The position numbers and the translations under genes are program-made. A DNA stretch of 35,329 nucleotides. It comes from a virus (Duplodnaviria > Caudoviricetes). Below the pieces are notes generated by a model. The model was given only the letters and a program-made list of their open reading frames with translations, did not search any database and had not been told where the DNA came from. Location: positions 1 through 35,329 of the IMG/VR virus record IMGVR_UViG_3300033076_000850. One strand, written 5' to 3'. This document shows, piece by piece, positions 15,051 to 20,996 of this stretch. How positions within the stretch are numbered: the stretch's first letter is position 1; every line of letters begins with the position of its first letter.

Positions 15051-15254
15051 TTAGTTGATTGTCACGCCGTCGCGGCCAAGGCCGGGACCGTAGATAATGG
15101 CGGGATGCGCCGCGCGATTGTCGAGTTCTTCAAGCACGCGGTATGCCGTCTCGCGCGCAGCTTCTTCCGTCTTATGCCAGCGACGATAGCGGACGTTAAC
15201 GCCGCCCCAGAACGTGAGTTCGAACTTGCCGCTGCGGTTCGGATGGTTGGTCAT
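15051..15254 (-). CDS. Hypothetical protein beginning MTNHPNRS
   Basis: GGAG SD; first gene after the leftward promoter. Confidence 0.7.
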   Translation of the reverse strand: MTNHPNRSGKFELTFWGGVNVRYRRWHKTEEAARETAYRVLEELDNRAAHPAIIYGPGLGRDGVTIN

Positions 15255-15310
15255 TGTCTTGTCTCCGCCCCTGATGTCCCGCGAGGCGCCGGTTGTCGTT
15301 ATTGTCAGGC

Positions 15311-15377
15311 CCTGTAACAAACCGCTAGCGCTTTGTCAACCACGTCGGTTGACGCCCCCGGCAAAATTGCGTACGAC
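15311..15377. promoter_or_regulatory. Back-to-back divergent sigma70-like promoters
   Basis: Minus TTGACA-N17-TACAGG (15339-15311); plus TTGACG-N17-TACGAC (15349-15377); gene orientation switches here. Confidence 0.65.
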
Positions 15378-15405
15378 TTTTTGTTGATTGAGGAGATTGG
15401 TGGGG

Positions 15406-15618
15406 ATGACGAAAAAAATCGAGATGACCATTGTAGACGTACGGGCGGCGCTGGCGAAGATGTGCCAGGAAGCCGGTGGTCAGCGTGCGTTTGCTTTGCA
15501 ACGCGGACTTACGGCGCAGCACGTCAATTCGGTGCTGCGTGGGATCAAAGCGCCGGGCCCGCAGTTGTGCCGTGCGATGGGGATACGCGACGCCGGCCGC
15601 CGTTGGGTCAAAGCGTGA
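15406..15618 (+). CDS. Cro-like HTH protein
   Basis: AGGQRAFALQRGLTAQHVNSVLRG.KAPGPQLCRAMG; GAGGAG upstream. Confidence 0.75.
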   Translation: MTKKIEMTIVDVRAALAKMCQEAGGQRAFALQRGLTAQHVNSVLRGIKAPGPQLCRAMGIRDAGRRWVKA

Positions 15619-15630
15619 GGAGCATTCGAA

Positions 15631-15759
15631 TTGCTGCGGCAGACGGACAAGGCTAAGGCCCGTGAGAAAGTACGGTGACGTGTGGGAGCTTCGGCGTCTA
15701 ACCACGCAGCCAGAAATCAAACCGGGGTGGGAAGCGAGTGGTCTAGTCCGCAGCAACCA
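15631..15759 (+). ncRNA. Putative structured ncRNA with 3' CCA, copy 2
   Basis: Same scaffold as 7645-7785; central C(UUCG)G; intergenic between the Cro-like and HNH genes. Confidence 0.7.
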
Positions 15760-15777
15760 ATATGAGAGGAGGCCAGG

Positions 15778-16116
15778 GTGCCGATAAAGCCAGAGAACCG
15801 GGCGCGCTACCCGAAGGAGTGGAAGGCGATCAGCCTCCGCATTCGTGAGCGTGCGGGCAACCGTTGCGAAGGCGCTCCAGGCATCTACGAGGACTGCCGC
15901 GCCGAGAACGGCAAACCGCATCCGGTGACTGGCTCGCGCGTGATCCTGACCGTCGCGCACCTCGACCACGTGCCTGAGAACGTCAGCGATGAGAACCTGA
16001 AGGCGTTGTGTCAGCGCTGCCATCTCACCTACGACGCACAGCATCATTCGCGGAACGCGCAGGCAACCATGCGCGCGAAGAAAGCAACCGGCGATCTATT
16101 CGCCAATGAACAGTAA
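15778..16116 (+). CDS. HNH endonuclease family protein
   Basis: YP.EW..I...RAGNRCE..C..LTVAHLDH.PEN...NLKALCQRCH; AGGAGG SD, GTG start. Confidence 0.88.
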   Translation: MPIKPENRARYPKEWKAISLRIRERAGNRCEGAPGIYEDCRAENGKPHPVTGSRVILTVAHLDHVPENVSDENLKALCQRCHLTYDAQHHSRNAQATMRAKKATGDLFANEQ

Positions 16117-16119
16117 CGG

Positions 16120-16302
16120 AGCCCGTCGCGCAGACTTGTAATGGTGCGGCAGCGAACACTCGCAACGATACAGGAAGGGAGCCCTTGTCGGTCTGCGCTG
16201 TGACACGGTGAAAGTCTGCCTGCCGTAGGACGTGAGCATCTATCTCACGGATCGCTTTGTGGGGTTCAAGGCAGGCCCCACCAGCGCAGTCCCACAGGGG
16301 CT
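16120..16302 (+). ncRNA. Candidate structured non-coding element after the HNH gene
   Basis: Gap of ~210 nt with nested stems: AGCCC/GGGCT, GCGCAGAC/GTCTGCGC, CGTGAG/CTCACG, GTGGGG/CCCCAC, GGAC/GTCC. Confidence 0.45.
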
Positions 16303-16329
16303 GCAGGATTGAACAGAGGAGCATATGAC

Positions 16330-16473
16330 ATGCAGGGCCTAGGCGAACGCTGGCGCGATGCGCTTGAGGACGATACAGACGACCTTACGCAGGGCGAACA
16401 ATGGGCATGGCGGGTGGTCTGGATGGTCGCAACAATCCTGGCCTCCATCTGGTTTGCTGGCGTCGTGAAGTGA
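16330..16473 (+). CDS. Small membrane protein (47 aa)
   Basis: Translated by hand: acidic N terminus then WAWRVVWMVATILASIWFAGVVK; GAGGAG SD. Confidence 0.6.
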   Translation: MQGLGERWRDALEDDTDDLTQGEQWAWRVVWMVATILASIWFAGVVK

Positions 16474-16483
16474 GGAGCGACAA

Positions 16484-16702
16484 ATGGCAACGTGCACGAA
16501 TTGCAATGATCAGGGCTGGGTATGTGAAAATCACCGGGACGTTCCCTGGGACGACGGCAACGCCACTTGTTGCGCCAAGGCAGGCTCAAAGTGGGGTTGC
16601 GGCGCTGGCGCGCCTTGTCGGAAGTGCAACGCAAGCGAAGGTCCGGACGATCCGCCGCGCATGCCACCCGGGTTTGTAGAGCACCCGGCGACGACGCATT
16701 GA
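16484..16702 (+). CDS. Zn-finger-like Cys-rich protein
   Basis: CTNC..GWVCENH...W..CGAGAPCRKCN; GAGGAG SD. Confidence 0.75.
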   Translation: MATCTNCNDQGWVCENHRDVPWDDGNATCCAKAGSKWGCGAGAPCRKCNASEGPDDPPRMPPGFVEHPATTH

Positions 16703-16713
16703 GGAGCAGCAGC

Positions 16714-16788
16714 ATGGCGTGTTGGCTTTGCAAGCAAGTGTGCGACCACATCAGTGGCGTCACTATCGCTTGCAAAGCCGTGAACTAG
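16714..16788 (+). CDS. Possible 24-aa Cys-rich peptide (MACWLCKQVCDH...)
   Basis: GAGGAG SD; fills the gap exactly. Confidence 0.4.
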   Translation: MACWLCKQVCDHISGVTIACKAVN

Positions 16789-16792
16789 GAGC

Positions 16793-16981
16793 ATGGCCAT
16801 GGACAGCTACGATTGCCCTCAATGCGGAGAGCCGACGCCGGAACTTCACGAGGGCTACTGCGAGGATTGCTGCATCGAGAACCAGCGGTGCCTGGATCAG
16901 CACAACGCCGAGTACGACCGCTGGCAGCGCATGACCGACGCGCAGCGCGACGCCGCGATCATGGCTGCCGCCAATCGATAG
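16793..16981 (+). CDS. Small Zn-ribbon protein
   Basis: CPQC..CEDC; AGGAG SD. Confidence 0.7.
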   Translation: MAMDSYDCPQCGEPTPELHEGYCEDCCIENQRCLDQHNAEYDRWQRMTDAQRDAAIMAAANR

Positions 16982-16994
16982 AGACGGAGGCTAC

Positions 16995-17219
16995 ATGCAA
17001 GTCGAAGATCAGGAATTGAAATCGTGGGTGGTCCGCTCGGACGTTGGCGTCAAGCCTGCGTGGCTGAAGCAGGATCACATCGTCGGCGCGAAGCCGATCT
17101 TTGATGTGACCGAAGTCGAGACCGAGGCGCACCACTTCGCAGACTTCGATCATGCGCAGATCGCCGCCGACATCTGGTCCGACTTCCCCGGCGTCTGGCG
17201 CGTCGAGCGCGTGCTGTAG
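16995..17219 (+). CDS. Hypothetical protein
   Basis: GGAGG SD; ORF track. Confidence 0.7.
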   Translation: MQVEDQELKSWVVRSDVGVKPAWLKQDHIVGAKPIFDVTEVETEAHHFADFDHAQIAADIWSDFPGVWRVERVL

Positions 17220-17247
17220 CCTGCAAACCCGATAACGAGGAGCGCCG

Positions 17248-17493
17248 ATGGTCATTCATATGCTGATGCCGACGCGGACATGCGAGCACGGCGCACAGCC
17301 CGACGATTGGTGCGGCATGTGCAATGGCTATCCGTACATCTACAGGTGGGACCGATGCGGCAAGAAGGACTGGCCTTGCAAGGTCACGGCGCGCGGCAAA
17401 ATGAATAGCTGCCGCGTTGAGTTCTCGGACGGGAAGAAGATGATCACCAGCCGCAACGCGGTTCGGAAGTGGAAGCTGCGAGACGCAAGGTAA
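17248..17493 (+). CDS. Hypothetical protein (RGKMNSC.VEF.DG...TSRNAVRK)
   Basis: GAGGAG SD; ORF track. Confidence 0.7.
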   Translation: MVIHMLMPTRTCEHGAQPDDWCGMCNGYPYIYRWDRCGKKDWPCKVTARGKMNSCRVEFSDGKKMITSRNAVRKWKLRDAR

Positions 17494-17503
17494 GGAGCAC
17501 CTG

Positions 17504-17713
17504 ATGCGCTACCGCATCGAGATATTCTGGAGCGACGAGGACGAGGGCTGGATTGCCGTCGCCCCGGACGTACGCGGCGCAAGCTGCATCGCGGACACGC
17601 CAGAGCAAGCTGCGGCCAGTATTCAGGTTGTGATCAAGGCTGGCTTGGAACTTCACGCGCAGGCGGGCAACCCGGCTCCAACGCCGTCGCTGCACCCTTC
17701 GCAAATCCGATAG
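17504..17713 (+). CDS. hicB: HicB-family antitoxin-like protein (N-terminal domain only)
   Basis: YRIEIFWSDEDEGWIAVAPDVRGA...DTPEQA...G.P.PTP; AAGGAG SD. Confidence 0.85.
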   Translation: MRYRIEIFWSDEDEGWIAVAPDVRGASCIADTPEQAAASIQVVIKAGLELHAQAGNPAPTPSLHPSQIR

Positions 17714-17725
17714 CAGGGAGCGACC

Positions 17726-17932
17726 ATGCTGAACGCGCCGAATGGGCATGTGCAGATCTGCAACCGCGCAGTGGCCCCGCATCGCATGCCTGATGGCTAC
17801 GACCTCTATCGCGACGAGGACGGGTGCTATTGGTGGCACCATCAGCCGACCGATCGTGAGGGGCCGATGCATCATGATCGATGGTGGGTGCTATGCGATG
17901 CGTTGGCGGATGAGATCAGGCAGACAAAGTAA
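17726..17932 (+). CDS. Hypothetical protein
   Basis: GGGAG SD; ORF track. Confidence 0.65.
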   Translation: MLNAPNGHVQICNRAVAPHRMPDGYDLYRDEDGCYWWHHQPTDREGPMHHDRWWVLCDALADEIRQTK

Positions 17933-17943
17933 AGGAGGCCGGT

Positions 17944-18234
17944 GTGTCCGACGCAAAGTTCTTTGAGGCTTCGCGCAAACAGCGCGCCATCGATGATGCC
18001 GACGCGGCGCAGAAGATCGTCTCGCGCCTGATGGCATGGGACAACGACAACATGCTGAAGGAGGCTGCGGCCGATTTGCTGCGCGAGCGGTGGCGCCACA
18101 TCTACGAACTTGAGCAAGCGCTGCACAAGATCAATGCGCTGATCGACAGCCCCGCTCGGTTCAATCCTGAGGTGCAGGCGGTGCTGGATAGCGTGATCGA
18201 CACCAGCGATACGAAGTTCGCCAATCAGAAATAA
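17944..18234 (+). CDS. Hypothetical protein
   Basis: AAGGAGG SD, GTG start. Confidence 0.7.
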   Translation: MSDAKFFEASRKQRAIDDADAAQKIVSRLMAWDNDNMLKEAAADLLRERWRHIYELEQALHKINALIDSPARFNPEVQAVLDSVIDTSDTKFANQK

Positions 18235-18244
18235 CGGAGGCCCT

Positions 18245-18547
18245 ATGGACAGCGAGGCCGATGAAAGCCGCTACGGCGAACTCGACTACGAGGGCGCTAT
18301 GTCTGACTGCCATGCGGCGGTTGATGAACTGGCGAAGTGTGCCCTCCGCAACGACGATGGACGCGCTGCGTGGTGGCTGTGCGCCAACTATCCCCAGCGC
18401 GTGAACAGCTACCCTCGCGACGCTCGCGACAAGCTTGCGGCTAAGGCGTCATGGCACGGCGAGCCGCCGCAAGGATGGAATTCGTGGGTGTCGTGGTTGC
18501 GCCGACCGGAAGTCGCTGCCGATCACGAGATTTGCCTCAAGTGGTGA
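18245..18547 (+). CDS. Hypothetical protein
   Basis: GGAGG SD; ORF track. Confidence 0.7.
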   Translation: MDSEADESRYGELDYEGAMSDCHAAVDELAKCALRNDDGRAAWWLCANYPQRVNSYPRDARDKLAAKASWHGEPPQGWNSWVSWLRRPEVAADHEICLKW

Positions 18548-18579
18548 ACAAAGCAGGCGCTCTGAAGTAGGGTTTTGCT

Positions 18580-18756
18580 ATGGACCGCCACGGTGTTGTT
18601 GCCCGCATCCTTCCTCACGGCACCGTCTTGATCGTGGACAAAGGTGTTGCGCGCTGCTTCCCTGCTTACGATGTCACCATCGACATCGTTGTGGGTGATT
18701 GCGTGACGTTCGGCATCACAGATGGATGTGCGGTTCGGTTGCGCCGAATAACCTGA
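18580..18756 (+). CDS. Small beta protein, cold-shock/OB-fold-like (58 aa)
   Basis: Translated by hand: MDRHGVVARILPHGTVLIV..F..IVVGDCVTFGI..A.RL; no clear SD. Confidence 0.45.
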   Translation: MDRHGVVARILPHGTVLIVDKGVARCFPAYDVTIDIVVGDCVTFGITDGCAVRLRRIT

Positions 18757-18800
18757 TTGCAAAGCTTGAACTGTTTGCATGGATGTGCCATCCGCAATTC

Positions 18801-20549
18801 ATGTTTGACAGACGCGCCGCAAACGAACGCTTGGCCAAATTGCTGCTTGAGAAGCAGCTTAGAGAAGACCGCGCGCTTCAATCAAACCCCAACGGCGGCC
18901 TGATCGAATTCGTCAGGTACTTTTGGCCGGTTCTGGAGCCCGTCGACCCCTTTGTAGAGGGGTGGCCTCTGGAGTGCATGTGCGCTCACCTCGAAGCAAT
19001 AACGCGTGGCGAACTGATTGAACTTGGCGGCAAGGTAAGGCCGTTCAACCGCTTCCTTGCAAACGTTCCCCCCGGCTTCATGAAAAGCCTTCTGGTCAAC
19101 GTGTTTTGGCCGGCGTGGGAGTGGGGCCCGATGGGGTTGCCGCATCTGCGTTACGTGGCTTTCTCATACGCCGCCGAGTTGACAGAACGCGACAACGCCA
19201 AATTCCGCGACCTGATCACAAGTCGCTCCTATCAAGAAATGTGGGGGCACGTGTTTAAAGTGATCGGCGACGGCAAGGTGCGCATCACCAACGACAAGAC
19301 CGGTTTCAAGTTTGCTTCGAGCTTCGGCGGCGTCGGCACGGGTGAGCGCGGGCATCGGGTATTGTTCGACGACCCACATAAGTTGAAGGGCACGCAAGAG
19401 ACGGACGAGGCGCGACAAGCCGTCGTAAACTGGGTCCTAGAAGGCATGCAGAACCGCTTGAACGACCTGTCACGCGACGTGATCGTCACCATCATGCAGC
19501 GTGTGCACGAGAACGATGTATCGGGGGCGATTCAAAAGAAGCTGGCCGACGAATACTGTTGTCTGCTGATCCCTATGGAATACGAACCCGGGCGGCACTT
19601 CTCCAACTACACCGGATGGAACAACGGCCAAGATCCGCGCGTCTATGAGAAGGAGCTTGCGTGGCCTGACCGATACCCAGCGCAGGCGCTGGCAAGTTTC
19701 CGGCGCAATCAATACCTTTGGTCAGGACAGTACCAACAGAACCCAATTCCGCGCGGTGGCGGCCTCTTCAAGGAACATTGGTGGCAGCCGTTCGAGGTGC
19801 CAAAATCGGGGTCATTCGAGTGGCCCGGCGGCAGACCGCTATTCACCGTCGCGTCGCTGGATACTGCGTTCAAAGAGAAGGAGGAGAACGACTACTCCGC
19901 GTTGACGGTGTGGGGAGCCTACGACGACCCGAAGACAGGCAATCGGCGCATCATGCTGATGGATGCATGGAAGAAGAAGCTGCCCCTGCACGGCGACCGG
20001 GTGCAGCGCAAGACGGGCGAAGATGAGCGCACGTACATGCGACGCGCGGCACCCAAGTGGGGGCTGGTTGAGTGGGTAGAGTTCACATGCAGTCGCCGCG
20101 GCGTCGAGGTGCTACTGATCGAAGACAGCGCCCGCGGCCACGACGTCAACAACGAGCTGCGGCGCATCTATACGTCTAAGCCATGGTCAGTCGACATGAT
20201 CCCGGCCCGCGGCGACAAGTGGGTGCGAGCGCAGGCCGCGCTCCCTGTGTTTACCGACGAGATGGTCTACGCGCCTGGGCAATGGCACTGCAACGCACAT
20301 GGGGCCGCTCACTGCGACGTGCCCAACTGCGCGTTGTCGGGGTCTGAGTGGCGGTGGAGAGACTGGGTCTACGAGGTGATCGAGCAGCTAGAGACATTCC
20401 CTCGCGGCACCCACGATGACTTGGTCGACTCGGTCACACAAGCTCTGACCTATCTACGCCGCCGACAGATTGCGATCCGTAGAGAGGAGCGCGAGGCGAT
20501 TGAAGAGGATTTGGCGCGCTACAAGAAGCCTCTGAAGCCCCTCTATTGA
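18801..20549 (+). CDS. terL: Terminase large subunit
   Basis: Walker A NVPPGFMKS, Walker B VLFDDPH, IMQRVH..D..G, nuclease SLDTAF..DYSA..HDDLVDS; start chosen at MFDRR (frame open from 18699). Confidence 0.95.
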   Translation: MFDRRAANERLAKLLLEKQLREDRALQSNPNGGLIEFVRYFWPVLEPVDPFVEGWPLECMCAHLEAITRGELIELGGKVRPFNRFLANVPPGFMKSLLVNVFWPAWEWGPMGLPHLRYVAFSYAAELTERDNAKFRDLITSRSYQEMWGHVFKVIGDGKVRITNDKTGFKFASSFGGVGTGERGHRVLFDDPHKLKGTQETDEARQAVVNWVLEGMQNRLNDLSRDVIVTIMQRVHENDVSGAIQKKLADEYCCLLIPMEYEPGRHFSNYTGWNNGQDPRVYEKELAWPDRYPAQALASFRRNQYLWSGQYQQNPIPRGGGLFKEHWWQPFEVPKSGSFEWPGGRPLFTVASLDTAFKEKEENDYSALTVWGAYDDPKTGNRRIMLMDAWKKKLPLHGDRVQRKTGEDERTYMRRAAPKWGLVEWVEFTCSRRGVEVLLIEDSARGHDVNNELRRIYTSKPWSVDMIPARGDKWVRAQAALPVFTDEMVYAPGQWHCNAHGAAHCDVPNCALSGSEWRWRDWVYEVIEQLETFPRGTHDDLVDSVTQALTYLRRRQIAIRREEREAIEEDLARYKKPLKPLY

Positions 20550-20602
20550 GGCACCCGAAAGCCGCAGCGCTCGGTCACGGCAAATGGAAAACCTAATTAG
20601 CC

Positions 20603-20635
20603 TTGACGCCCTATAGGTTTTGCGTCAGCCAATTG
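20603..20635 (+). promoter_or_regulatory. TTGACG-N14-CGTCA-N3-AATTG element (candidate late promoter), copy 1
   Basis: Same layout as 27001-27033; intergenic, upstream of the portal operon. Confidence 0.5.
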
Positions 20636-20702
20636 AGACACCTCCCGACAGTTCTGTTGCGTATGAGTTTGCAATCGGGTTGCAACCGCAACGGAGCCTC
20701 AA

Positions 20703-20927
20703 GTGGCAGACGAAAACCTCACCCTTGCCCCCGTCGACATCGTCGGCATCGTTCAGCGCCAACTGCGCGACCTCGCAGCCTACTGCGACCGCCCCGCGGA
20801 GCAGGTAGATCCCCAAGTCTTGCTTGGGTACATGGGCCGCATCGCAGAGTTTGTGCAGCGCCTGCCTATGCCTGCTGGCGCCATGGCTTCGCCCGACACC
20901 GCTGCCGAAGGCGCCCGCGCCAACTGA
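20703..20927 (+). CDS. Hypothetical protein (74 aa)
   Basis: GGAG SD, GTG start. Confidence 0.65.
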   Translation: MADENLTLAPVDIVGIVQRQLRDLAAYCDRPAEQVDPQVLLGYMGRIAEFVQRLPMPAGAMASPDTAAEGARAN

Positions 20928-20950
20928 CCTGCTCGTGCGGGCCTGATCTT

Positions 20951-20985
20951 AGGGCGCCACCGCAGGACGGGGCGCCCTTTCCTTT
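20951..20985 (+). terminator. Terminator-like hairpin before the portal SD
   Basis: AGGGCGCC/GGCGCCCT stem then TTCCTTT. Confidence 0.5.
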
Positions 20986-20996
20986 AGGGGATCGAC

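Noticed and set aside
15707-15722. Partial complementarity of the copy 2 variable segment to the 16S rRNA 5' end (AGCCAG..ATCAAAC)
   Set aside because: Interrupted 6+7 nt match recalled from memory; copy 1 shows nothing equivalent, so it is likely chance.
16140-16230. Cobalamin riboswitch or group I/II intron around the HNH gene
   Set aside because: Only a CGGTGAAAGTC fragment resembles them. There is no B12 box, group I core or domain V, and no interrupted host gene.
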